Part shown: positions 1-7,567 of the stretch, one piece after another
Layout of the letters: every line of letters starts with the position of its first letter
Position numbering within the stretch: position 1 is the stretch's first letter
NCBI GenBank assembly: GCA_037445915.1
Contig: JBBIJQ010000022.1
Location: 1 to 10,909 of the forward strand
Direction: 5' to 3'
DNA from: Planctomycetales bacterium
GTDB taxonomy: Bacteria; 4484-113
Length of the DNA stretch: 10,909 bases
Program-made: the position numbers and the translations under genes
Notes under the pieces: generated by a model
Told to the model about the DNA's origin: nothing
Seen by the model: the letters and a program-made list of their open reading frames with translations, nothing else
The model's database searches: none

Positions 1-798
1 GCCGTCTATTTCCTCATTGGCGCGTTCATTTTCTCAATACTCTCAAGCTGGTTTAGCTATTACAACTCAGACAAGCTTGTCATTTCATCGGTTAACGCAA
101 AGCCTGCCGACCCCATCCTCCACCAGCGTTATATCAGTATGGTTGAAGGGCTGGCGATTGCCGCAGGCATGCCGGAGCCGCCGAAGGCTTATGTGATGGA
201 CGACCCATCGCCCAACGCCTTTGCGACCGGCCGCAGCCCCAAGCACTCGGCTATCGTCGTCACGAGCGGGCTTCTGGATATGATGGGGCGCGATGAGCTG
301 GAGGGCGTCATCGCGCATGAGATGAGCCACATCCTGAACTACGACATCCTACTGGCGACCATCATCAGCGTGCTGGTGGGAACAGTTATTATCATCAGCC
401 ACTTCTTCGCGCGCTGGCTATGGTACGGCGGAGGCAGGGGCGGGCGGCGCGATAGCAGCGGAGGCGGCGCGGGAATGCTCATCGTTCTTGGCCTAGCGAT
501 TCTCTTCATCATACTAGCTCCCATCGCTTCGCAGATTATCCAGCTGGCCGTATCGCGCAAGCGCGAGTACTTAGCGGATGCGTCAGCGGCGGGGCTAACC
601 CGGCTGCCGGACGGGCTGGCGAGCGCGCTGGAGAAAATCTCTAACTATTCGGCGCCGGTAGCCAATGCGTCCAAGGCGACTGCGCATATGTTCATTGAAG
701 ATCCTTTCAAGAAACCCCGACGGGAAGGCTTTATCACCACCTTGTTTTCCACGCATCCGCCAATCTGGGATCGCGTTGCCCGCCTCCGCGCTATGTAG
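1..798 (+). CDS. htpX: M48-family membrane zinc metalloprotease (HtpX-like), 5' end outside window
   Basis: Frame of ORF 139..798 is open from base 1 (AVYFLIGAFIFSILSSWFSYYNSDKLVI...). Motifs: PNAFATG, zinc-binding HEMSH (HExxH), SRKREYLAD, C-terminal LFSTHPP, hydrophobic TM segments. Confidence 0.93.
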   Translation, partial: AVYFLIGAFIFSILSSWFSYYNSDKLVISSVNAKPADPILHQRYISMVEGLAIAAGMPEPPKAYVMDDPSPNAFATGRSPKHSAIVVTSGLLDMMGRDELEGVIAHEMSHILNYDILLATIISVLVGTVIIISHFFARWLWYGGGRGGRRDSSGGGAGMLIVLGLAILFIILAPIASQIIQLAVSRKREYLADASAAGLTRLPDGLASALEKISNYSAPVANASKATAHMFIEDPFKKPRREGFITTLFSTHPPIWDRVARLRAM

Positions 799-1978
799 GC
801 TTCCTCCCCAAGAAAGCTCCAAGGCGCGCCAGGCCTTTGCGAATATCATCTTCAGGCGTGGTTAGTGAAAGCCGGAAATAGCCCTTGCCATGCGGCCCGT
901 ATGCTGAGCCTGGCCCGACGACAAGGCCTTCTGTTTCCAACAAGTCCCCGGCGAACTTGATATCGTCGCCTTTCCACGCTTCAGGCAGCTTGCACCAGAA
1001 ATAAAGCGTCGCCTTGGGGTTGGGATGCCAGATGCCCATCCTATCCAGCGCCTCCGCGACCATATCCCGCCGCGCATTAATGCGCCTGCGGTTTTCGTTC
1101 AGGAAACTGTGCAGCTCAGGATGAACGAGAGCGCGCGCCAGCGCCATCTGGATGGCGTTGAACTGGCCTGAATCCACATTGCTCTTGATTGTTAGCAGCG
1201 CATTCACGAGCTTTGCGTTTCCTGCAGCCCAGCCGATGCGCCAGCCGGTCATGTTCAGCATCTTGCTGAAGCTGTTGAACTCAAGGCATCGCTCCATCGC
1301 CCCCGGCAGCTCAAGGATAGACATCGGCCGGTCTTGTTCGTTGAAGTATATCTCGGTGTAGGGGTTATCAGATAACACTGCGAGGTCGTATTTCTCAGCA
1401 AACGCCAGTAAGTCAACGAAAAACTCTCGCGGAGCGCATGCGCCGGTAGGGTTATTGGGGTAGTTCACAAATATCAGCGTGGCGCGGCGGGCAATGTCTT
1501 CGGGAATGCTCTCCAAATCGGGGAGGAAGCCGTTCTCCTTGGTTAGCCCCAGGAAATGAACCTCAGCGCCTGCGTACAGGCTGTTTGTGTTGTAGACCGG
1601 ATAAGCTGGCTCAGGTATCAATGCCACATCTCCCGCTTCGCAAAGCGCCCAGGCGATATGAGCCACGCCTTCTTTTCCACCGAGAAGCGTCATTACTTCG
1701 CGCCTCGGGTCCACGCTCACGCCAAAGCGTTCTTCCATCCAGCCTGAAACCGCTCTCAGGTATTCAGGCAAGCCTGCGTAATCGGGATAGCGGTGAAACC
1801 CTGGATGGCGAATTTCCTCTTGAAGAAGCCCAAACATCCATTCCGGCGGCGGCAGGTCGGGGTCGGCGATACCCATTGAAACGACATCCAGCCCCCGCGC
1901 AATGGCGCGCTCGCGGGCGCGGTCAATCTCTGCGAATAGGTATGGCGGCTGCTCGGTAACTCGTCGGCTCAATTTCAT
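791..1978 (-). CDS. dapL: PLP-dependent class I/II aminotransferase, most likely LL-diaminopimelate aminotransferase
   Basis: N-terminus PPYLFAEID...DVVSMGIADPDLP typical of this group, NYPNNPTG, DNPY, PLP-lysine motif SFSKMLNMTGWRIG, GYFRLSLT. Substrate is inferred from family resemblance. 3' end overlaps htpX by 8 bp (convergent). Confidence 0.8.
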   Translation of the reverse strand: MKLSRRVTEQPPYLFAEIDRARERAIARGLDVVSMGIADPDLPPPEWMFGLLQEEIRHPGFHRYPDYAGLPEYLRAVSGWMEERFGVSVDPRREVMTLLGGKEGVAHIAWALCEAGDVALIPEPAYPVYNTNSLYAGAEVHFLGLTKENGFLPDLESIPEDIARRATLIFVNYPNNPTGACAPREFFVDLLAFAEKYDLAVLSDNPYTEIYFNEQDRPMSILELPGAMERCLEFNSFSKMLNMTGWRIGWAAGNAKLVNALLTIKSNVDSGQFNAIQMALARALVHPELHSFLNENRRRINARRDMVAEALDRMGIWHPNPKATLYFWCKLPEAWKGDDIKFAGDLLETEGLVVGPGSAYGPHGKGYFRLSLTTPEDDIRKGLARLGAFLGRKPT

Positions 1979-2024
1979 ACGGAATACCCCATTGTGAATT
2001 CAAATAAACGGCTTATCAACAAGA

Positions 2025-2040
2025 TGTTCCACGTGGAACA
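2025..2040. promoter_or_regulatory. parS: parS centromere-like site (ParB/Spo0J binding)
   Basis: Perfect 16-bp palindrome TGTTCCACGTGGAACA matching the chromosomal parS consensus TGTTNCACGTGNAACA; intergenic between trmO and dapL. Confidence 0.88.
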
Positions 2041-2041
2041 A

Positions 2042-2512
2042 TCAGCTCTTGTCCTCATTACGGGCTTCAGCGTCTGCCAGCCAGCCCCGGCGTAGCTTCC
2101 CTTCAGGTATGCTGGACAGGTACGGTTTGATATCCAGGACCGGCGTCCCATCCAGCATATCAACTCCGCGTACTCTGAGCACATTGCCTTCACGCCCTAG
2201 AAGCTCCACGACCGTCAGCCCGATGGGGTTTGGCCTTCTTGGCGAGCGGGTGGAGAACACGCCGTGCGAGCGGTCGTCGCAGGGCGGGTGGGCAATAAGG
2301 TCGTAGCCCTCAGTCCGGTCAAACACCCAAAGTATGTAGAGGTGCGACATCCCTTCAATGTCGGCCAACCCGGGACCGTATTCTGGAAGAAGGACGATTT
2401 CCCCTTCGTCTGGATGTTCCGCACCCAAGCCCTTGGGAACTTCCTCGTCCTGCGCGAAAGGGCTGCGCACATGCCCGATGGGGCGCAAGCTGTAAGTCTT
2501 TGCTTCAAGCAC
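2042..2512 (-). CDS. trmO: tRNA (t6A37)-N6-methyltransferase TrmO/TsaA (UPF0066) family, single-domain form
   Basis: LRPIGHVRSPF, SHLYILWVFD, GVFSTRSPRRPNPIGLTVV, GVDMLDGTPVLDIKPY are family hallmarks; GTG start. Confidence 0.9.
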   Translation of the reverse strand: MLEAKTYSLRPIGHVRSPFAQDEEVPKGLGAEHPDEGEIVLLPEYGPGLADIEGMSHLYILWVFDRTEGYDLIAHPPCDDRSHGVFSTRSPRRPNPIGLTVVELLGREGNVLRVRGVDMLDGTPVLDIKPYLSSIPEGKLRRGWLADAEARNEDKS

Positions 2513-2518
2513 GCGAAA

Positions 2519-2527
2519 ATAATAGCA
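2519..2527 (-). promoter_or_regulatory. Extended -10 element for a probable leaderless trmO transcript
   Basis: Minus strand reads TG-C-TATTAT, then 6 nt (TTTCGC), then the GTG start at 2512; no Shine-Dalgarno. Confidence 0.55.
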
Positions 2528-2537
2528 TCCCGCCTAG

Positions 2538-3299
2538 CTAGGGGAAAGAACGCTCGCAGTGGATTACCTTGCCGCAGATATGTAGCTCTCCCTGGCATTC
2601 CGGCGAAACAGCCAGCGGCTCGTAGCGGCTGTTGCAGGGCTGGAGGATGATGAGTTCGCCCTGCGCGACCACGCGCTTGATACTGTACTCGCCCCCGTTC
2701 AGGCGCACGACGCAAATATCCCCGCTTTTCCACTGGCTGCGCGGGCTGACGACAACGATGTCGCCTTCTAGGATTCCCGCATCCGCCATTGAATCGCCGT
2801 GAACCCGCAACGCGTATGCGCCTGCGTCACCACGCAACCGGCTTTCGTGGATGTGGGCACTCTCGCAGTCGTTTTGCGGCAAAGACTCCGCTGCCGCCAC
2901 GCCAAACGATGCCGGCACGCTGGAAAGCAGCGGAAGGCTGCGAAACTCACCTGTGCCAGCATCGGCGGCTTGGCGGGTAAGCTCGCCCGCCACTTCCCAG
3001 AGCCGTTCGGCGATTGCGCGCTGCCGCTCGTGGCTCTGCGCAGCTCCGCTGATTTCCTCGGCTACGCCGCAGTACCCAGAGGCCGAGAGGAGATCTGCGT
3101 AGCTTATGGCGGGAAGCGCCTGCGTCAGCCGTTTCAAGACAAGCAGGCTGGGACGGCAAATGATGCCACGCTCAATTTGGGACACATACGAGTGCGACAC
3201 GCCAATTCTCTTAGCCAATTCTCGCGCCGAGCACCCAAGCGCGAGTCTCCCCCGGAGCACAATCTCGCGTAGTGAATTAGCAATTGCTGTTTCCTTCAT
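2538..3299 (-). CDS. XRE-family HTH plus S24 peptidase domain repressor (LexA/phage cI-like)
   Basis: N-terminal XRE HTH (SARELAKRIGVSHSYVSQIERG...PS); C-terminal S24 domain YALRVHGDSM (Ser170) GILEGDIVVV...YSIKRV (Lys208)...LQPCNSRYEP...ICGKV. Confidence 0.9.
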   Translation of the reverse strand: MKETAIANSLREIVLRGRLALGCSARELAKRIGVSHSYVSQIERGIICRPSLLVLKRLTQALPAISYADLLSASGYCGVAEEISGAAQSHERQRAIAERLWEVAGELTRQAADAGTGEFRSLPLLSSVPASFGVAAAESLPQNDCESAHIHESRLRGDAGAYALRVHGDSMADAGILEGDIVVVSPRSQWKSGDICVVRLNGGEYSIKRVVAQGELIILQPCNSRYEPLAVSPECQGELHICGKVIHCERSFP

Positions 3300-3307
3300 C
3301 GTGTTAT

Positions 3308-3336
3308 ATTGTATAATAATAGGCGTATTATGTCAA
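3308..3336 (-). promoter_or_regulatory. Sigma-70-type promoter for the XRE-S24 repressor
   Basis: Minus strand TTGACA (3336-3331), 17-nt spacer, TACAAT (3313-3308), ending 8 nt before the ATG at 3299; AT-rich island in GC-rich DNA. Confidence 0.75.
3316..3331. promoter_or_regulatory. Candidate operator palindrome
   Basis: ATAATA-GGCG-TATTAT inverted repeat occupying the -35/-10 spacer; a second palindrome TTATA-TTG-TATAA at 3304-3316 covers the -10. Confidence 0.45.
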
Positions 3337-3375
3337 GCAACAAGGCGGCTGCGTTTGTTTCGCGCTGGAATACCT

Positions 3376-3624
3376 ATGGATAAACGTGATGCAGAGATTC
3401 TTATAACTCACCTCCGCCGGGTGGTGCGCAACTTCGCTCTTTATGAAGCTGTCGCCACCGGCGCATGCACGATTCCCGATCTTGCGCAACGGATAGGCAT
3501 GACTGCCGCAAGCTTGCGTGTTAAGCTTGCGCGGGCGCGGAACGCCGCAAAAGAGGAGCTTGCGGGCATTGGCCTAAAGGAAGTATTGCCGGATGAGGAA
3601 ACTCAACGCGAAAGCTTGGACTGA
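3376..3624 (+). CDS. Small (82 aa) HTH protein resembling sigma-70 region 4
   Basis: ATG at 3376 inside ORF 3106..3624 (MDKRDAEILITHL...). TIPDLAQRIGMTAASLRVKLARARNAAKE resembles ECF sigma region 4.2 (xxEIAxxLGxSxxTVKxRLxRAR). Fills the gap divergent from the repressor; TATAAT at 3312-3317 on the + strand. Confidence 0.6.
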   Translation: MDKRDAEILITHLRRVVRNFALYEAVATGACTIPDLAQRIGMTAASLRVKLARARNAAKEELAGIGLKEVLPDEETQRESLD

Positions 3625-4586
3625 GCATCAAGGGCGGCGTTGACCTCCGCGTCAGCTGCGGTGTTTTCCTCGCGCGGAACCAGCATCAGGCGCAGCCTAG
3701 GAATCTCCGCCATCTCGCTTAGTGCTTGGCGCGCCAGCTCGCGCAGGTTCGCGTCCTTTACTTTATACGATCCAAGCAACTGGTTGTAGATGAGGCTGGA
3801 ATCGGTTTGCAGGATGATGTGATGCCTGCTTGCCCCGCGCTCCCTGAGCAGCCGCAGCGCAAGGAGCACTCCCTTGTACTCAGCGACATTATTGGTCGCC
3901 CTGCCAATGAACTCGGTTCGGGAATAAGTTTCTCCAGCCGGATCACGCACCAGCGCGGCGGCAGCCGCAGGGCCTGGGTTGCCCCTGCTTCCGCCGTCCA
4001 CGCTTACAAGAAACGCGCCTTTGGGTATTGCGCCTTTGTGCTCCAGCGGATGCTTCTCTAGCGCCAAGGCGTCTTTTGCCCTCCCCTGCCGGCGCGCCGC
4101 AAGCTTGCCCAGCACCAGCGCATACGCAGCTATGGCGCGGCCTTCGCCGATGTCGCCCATGCCTTCAAAGCTGCGCGCCTTCACGCTTACGCAGGCTTCG
4201 TCTAGTTTCAGCAGCTTTGCCACGCGCGTGCGTATAGCTTCGTAATGCGGCGACAGCTTTGGCGCCTCTGCGAGGATAGTAATGTCTGCCTGCTGCAGCG
4301 CCAGCCCGGCTTTAGCGGATAGCGCGCATGCGCGGGAAACGAGGTCTGCGCTGGGAGTATCGCCAAACAATCCTTCGCCGGGCGGGAATTGCACGCCGAT
4401 GTCGGGCAAGCCTGAAGCGGCAAGTATCGCGTCTATGAGCGCGTGGAGGACAACGTCGCCGTCGGTTTCAGAAGCAAGCCCGAAACTAGATGGAATACAC
4501 ACCCCGCCGAGCATCAGCTTTGCCCCCGGCTTCGTTCTATGGATGTCAAAGCCACTCCCGATGCGCATCCGCGCTTCTTCAGGCAT
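3603..4586 (-). CDS. ispF: Fusion protein: 2-C-methyl-D-erythritol 2,4-cyclodiphosphate synthase (IspF) + ribonuclease HI domain
   Basis: aa ~7-160: MRIGSGFDIH, LMLGGV, DGDVVLHALIDAIL, DIGVQFP, PKLSPH, VSVKA, EGMG (IspF). aa ~191-320: VDGGSRGNPGP, ATNNVAEY, QTDSSLIYNQLLGSYKVK, VPREENTAAD (RNase HI). Single uninterrupted ORF directly after ispD. Confidence 0.9.
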   Translation of the reverse strand: MPEEARMRIGSGFDIHRTKPGAKLMLGGVCIPSSFGLASETDGDVVLHALIDAILAASGLPDIGVQFPPGEGLFGDTPSADLVSRACALSAKAGLALQQADITILAEAPKLSPHYEAIRTRVAKLLKLDEACVSVKARSFEGMGDIGEGRAIAAYALVLGKLAARRQGRAKDALALEKHPLEHKGAIPKGAFLVSVDGGSRGNPGPAAAAALVRDPAGETYSRTEFIGRATNNVAEYKGVLLALRLLRERGASRHHIILQTDSSLIYNQLLGSYKVKDANLRELARQALSEMAEIPRLRLMLVPREENTAADAEVNAALDAQSKLSR

Positions 4587-5295
4587 CGCCCATCTCGCCT
4601 AAATATGCTTCCGCGACGGCGAGATCAACGGGGAACGTAATCTTGATATTGCTTCGCTCGCCGGGCACTGTAACCAGCTTGTAGCCGCCTGCAATAAACG
4701 CGCTGCCGTCATCAGTGTAACGGTCGGCTTGCTGGCCGAGAATATCCCTAACCATCCTGTATTCCGACGTGATAAACCCCTGCGGGGTCTGCACGAGCAT
4801 CAGGTCGGCGCGCGGGATGTAGTTTTCCGGCTTGCCCTGCGCATCTCCGCGGAGGATGGAGTCTGCGGGGCTGACAACAGGGACTACCCCTAAGCCGGGC
4901 CTTACCGCATCTATGACCCGCCGGTAAAGGGCGGGGGTGGCAATCGGCCTGTCCGCGTCATGGATGAGCACAATCCGGCACCTGGTGCGCTTCAATGCAA
5001 GGCCTACCGATGCGGAACGGCTGTTGCCTCCGTCAACAATTTCAATGCTCGCAGGGCTTTCAACCGACTTTTTAGCCGTATCCAACACTTTCTCAATTTC
5101 CGACCGCAGGAGCGCATTGCATGCGATTACTACTTGGTCTATGAAAGGCATGGACAGCACAGTGCCGATTGTGTACGCGATTAGCGGTCGGCCCCTAATC
5201 AGCGAAAGCAGCTTTGGCACCGTCATCCCGAAGCGGTTGCCTACTCCTCCTGCGAGTAAAATAACGCAAACATCGCTTTTTTCGTTGGCTGCCAT
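4579..5295 (-). CDS. ispD: 2-C-methyl-D-erythritol 4-phosphate cytidylyltransferase
   Basis: LLAGGVGNRFG...PK, GGNSRSASV, VLIHDADRP, QTPQGF, TDD, NIKITFPVDL; lies between yacL and ispF. Start is ATG at 5295 (or TTG at 5298); overlaps the ispF start by 8 bp. Confidence 0.9.
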   Translation of the reverse strand: MAANEKSDVCVILLAGGVGNRFGMTVPKLLSLIRGRPLIAYTIGTVLSMPFIDQVVIACNALLRSEIEKVLDTAKKSVESPASIEIVDGGNSRSASVGLALKRTRCRIVLIHDADRPIATPALYRRVIDAVRPGLGVVPVVSPADSILRGDAQGKPENYIPRADLMLVQTPQGFITSEYRMVRDILGQQADRYTDDGSAFIAGGYKLVTVPGERSNIKITFPVDLAVAEAYLGEMGDA

Positions 5296-5307
5296 CAACG
5301 AATCCCA

Positions 5308-6489
5308 TTATACATGGTCTTTTAGCACTTTGCGGACGCGGCCAAAAATTAGCCTGCCCGCGACAGTCTGCATGATTGAAGTTACTTCAATATCGCATAC
5401 GCTGCCGATATGCCGGATGCCCTGTTCAATTACGACCATCGTCCCGTCGTCAAGGTATCCAACGCCCTGGCCGGATTCTTTCCCTTCGCGGATAACGCTA
5501 ACGATTAGCGTTTCGCCGGGTATTACCATTGGCTTTACCGCGTTGGCAAGCTCGTTGATGTTCAGGACGCGGATGTCGCGGATACCAGCAACGCGGTTTA
5601 GGTTGTAATCGTTGGTGACGACTTCGCCGCCCAACTCTTCGGCGATGAGCATCAGCCGCTCGTCAACCGACACTTTTTCGTGGTCATAACCTGTATCGTC
5701 GTAGATGTGGATAGGGTTTGGCGCGGTTTCCTGCAGGTTCTTGAGAATCTCCAGGCCGCGCCGCCCTTTAAGCCGTTTGATTTGGTCTGCAGAATCGGCA
5801 ACAAGCTGCATCTCGCGAACAACCGAATTGGGCACGATGAGGAGCCCTGGAATAAATCCGCTGCGGAGAATCTCCGTGATGCGCCCGTCAATGAGGACTG
5901 ATGTGTCCAGGATGCGCGGGCGTATGTCTATGTTGTAGCGGGAGAGGATGCTCTCGCGGCTGCTCTGCGGGTAAAAAATGTTTGTCGCGATAAAGCTGCC
6001 CAGGTAGCCGAATGTCAGCAGGAACAGCGCGTTGAGGAGCACCAGCACAAACTCTGAGTTCCAGAAGCTCCTGGGAAGGCGGCTCAGGTAGAAGAACAGC
6101 GGAATGTTCGCTAACAGAAACGACAGAAGAATCCCGCCGAGGAATCCCAGCGAGCCTGCAACGAAGCGCTGGCGCGTTATGCCCCGCAGCTCGCGCTGAA
6201 CGCCTTTGCTCAAGGCGGTGAGCCCCATCTCCGCTAGCGGCGCGAACAAGTATCCAAAAACGAAGCCGCAGAGTATCAGCACATAGCCGAAGCTGCGCAG
6301 GTCGCTCATGTTGGCGGCAACTTCCTTGCCTTCCTGGAAGAGCGGCGGGATGGTGTTTGAGTACTCTGCGAGGATATTTCCCCAATCCGCTATGGGCTGG
6401 CCAAAGAGGCTGGAGACGTAGAATGCAACAGCCGCGCCGAGCATTCCTCCAACTATTGATGAAAACAACCGTGCAACAAGTCCTCTCAT
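5308..6489 (-). CDS. yacL: Membrane-anchored PIN/TRAM domain protein (YacL family)
   Basis: N-terminal TM helices; PIN motifs ILDTSVLIDGRI, VVREMQ, GRRGLEIL, VDERL, VTNDYNLN; TRAM domain EGKESGQGVGYLDDGTMVVIE...QTVAGRLIFG. yacL-ispD-ispF order is as in Bacillus subtilis. Confidence 0.92.
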   Translation of the reverse strand: MRGLVARLFSSIVGGMLGAAVAFYVSSLFGQPIADWGNILAEYSNTIPPLFQEGKEVAANMSDLRSFGYVLILCGFVFGYLFAPLAEMGLTALSKGVQRELRGITRQRFVAGSLGFLGGILLSFLLANIPLFFYLSRLPRSFWNSEFVLVLLNALFLLTFGYLGSFIATNIFYPQSSRESILSRYNIDIRPRILDTSVLIDGRITEILRSGFIPGLLIVPNSVVREMQLVADSADQIKRLKGRRGLEILKNLQETAPNPIHIYDDTGYDHEKVSVDERLMLIAEELGGEVVTNDYNLNRVAGIRDIRVLNINELANAVKPMVIPGETLIVSVIREGKESGQGVGYLDDGTMVVIEQGIRHIGSVCDIEVTSIMQTVAGRLIFGRVRKVLKDHV

Positions 6490-6577
6490 CCCATAGTGAG
6501 TATATAACCTTTGCAGGTTTGGCGCGAATCTCAGCGCTGGTTTAGGCTATAATGTACGTGCCCGTGGGGGCCTAACT
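6490..6577. promoter_or_regulatory. Divergent promoter region (yacL operon / PASTA-rpe)
   Basis: TATACT on the minus strand (6504-6499) 9 nt before the yacL ATG; TATAAT on the plus strand (6548-6553) upstream of the PASTA gene; no convincing -35 hexamers. Confidence 0.5.
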
Positions 6578-7567
6578 ATGAGCATACGCCGCGACAGGAT
6601 AAACCGAAAGCGGAATTCCCGCGTCCTGGGGCTGGTTATTGTAAGCCTGTTCGCGGTCGCCGCCATCCTCATCCTTTACAGCATCATCGTCGTCGTCCGC
6701 TCGTTTTCCACCGGCGCCGCGCCTGAAGTCACCGTGCCAAACCTGGCAGGGCTGACGGTAGAAGAGGCCGAGCGCAAGCTAAATGAGCTAAATCTTGGGC
6801 TGAATATCGTTGAGAATGCGCCTTCGGATAAATACCCAGCCGGCGCGATAGTAAGCCAAGTTCCCATCGCCGGCGCGGTAGTTCGCGAGAACAAGCAGGT
6901 GCAGGCCGTGCGCAGCCTGGGCAAGCCAAGCCTGAATGTCCCCAAGGTTATCGGCCTTAGCTTTGACAACGCCCAGCGCAAGATCGCGGAAGCAGGCCTG
7001 ACTCTCGGCGTCGTGCAAAAAATCTACACTAAGAAATTCCCAAGGGGCAGCGTGATAACGCAGGTTCCCGACCCCGAAAAAGTCTTCACTTCGCCGGTGA
7101 AGGTTGATGTGACCATCGCTTTCGCCGACGGCGATTACAAGGTGACGATGCCCGACCTGCTAGGCAAGAACTTCCGCACCGCCGAAAACATGCTCTACAA
7201 CCTGAACCTGCTCGCCAGCCGGATAACCTACCAGATGTCCACCATTGCCGCAGTAGGTGAAGTCATCTCGCAAAAGCCAGAAGCGGGCGCAGCCCTTGCG
7301 CCTGGCAGCGGCGTGGAGCTGGTAGTGGCAATCTCCAGCGATATGTCCAAAGCCACTGCTCAGGACTTCCGCTTTACATTCCGCCTTCCCTCCGGGCTGC
7401 CTGCCGGCGAGCTGCGCCTTGAGATTGACGACGACCTTGGGCGGCAGGAGATATACAAAGACACTGTTGCGCCCGGCGAGACTATTGAGCAGCAGCTTCG
7501 CGTCCAGGGGCGCGCTAAGATCAGGGTTTACCTTGATGGCTCGCTAATCCGGGAGGACAAGATTTGA
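6578..7567 (+). CDS. Single-pass membrane protein with three PASTA domains, no kinase domain
   Basis: Basic N-terminus, one TM helix, three repeats starting VTVPNLAGLT, LNVPKVIGLS, VTMPDLLGKN, each with a G-x-[IV]-[IV]-[ST]-Q-x-P motif; short beta-rich C-terminal domain. Confidence 0.9.
   Translation: MSIRRDRINRKRNSRVLGLVIVSLFAVAAILILYSIIVVVRSFSTGAAPEVTVPNLAGLTVEEAERKLNELNLGLNIVENAPSDKYPAGAIVSQVPIAGAVVRENKQVQAVRSLGKPSLNVPKVIGLSFDNAQRKIAEAGLTLGVVQKIYTKKFPRGSVITQVPDPEKVFTSPVKVDVTIAFADGDYKVTMPDLLGKNFRTAENMLYNLNLLASRITYQMSTIAAVGEVISQKPEAGAALAPGSGVELVVAISSDMSKATAQDFRFTFRLPSGLPAGELRLEIDDDLGRQEIYKDTVAPGETIEQQLRVQGRAKIRVYLDGSLIREDKI

Noticed and set aside
430-475. Gly-rich low-complexity stretch in htpX (GGGRGGRRDSSGGGAG)
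   Set aside because: Normal loop in HtpX-family proteins, not a repeat element.
2013-2021. DnaA-box-like TTATCAACA next to parS
   Set aside because: One mismatch at a conserved position and a single copy in a 63-bp spacer; not enough for an origin or DnaA site call.
2538-3299. Calling this gene lexA or part of a prophage
   Set aside because: DNA-binding domain is XRE-type rather than the LexA winged helix, no recognisable SOS box upstream, and no phage or integrase genes in the window.
3106-3375. N-terminal extension of ORF 3106..3624
   Set aside because: Overlaps the repressor gene antisense and runs through its promoter; ATG at 3376 is the more plausible start.
6526-6530. GANTC site in the yacL/PASTA divergent promoter as a methylation switch
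   Set aside because: GANTC occurs many times in this window, so one site in 88 bp is unremarkable, and the methylase specificity is unconfirmed.
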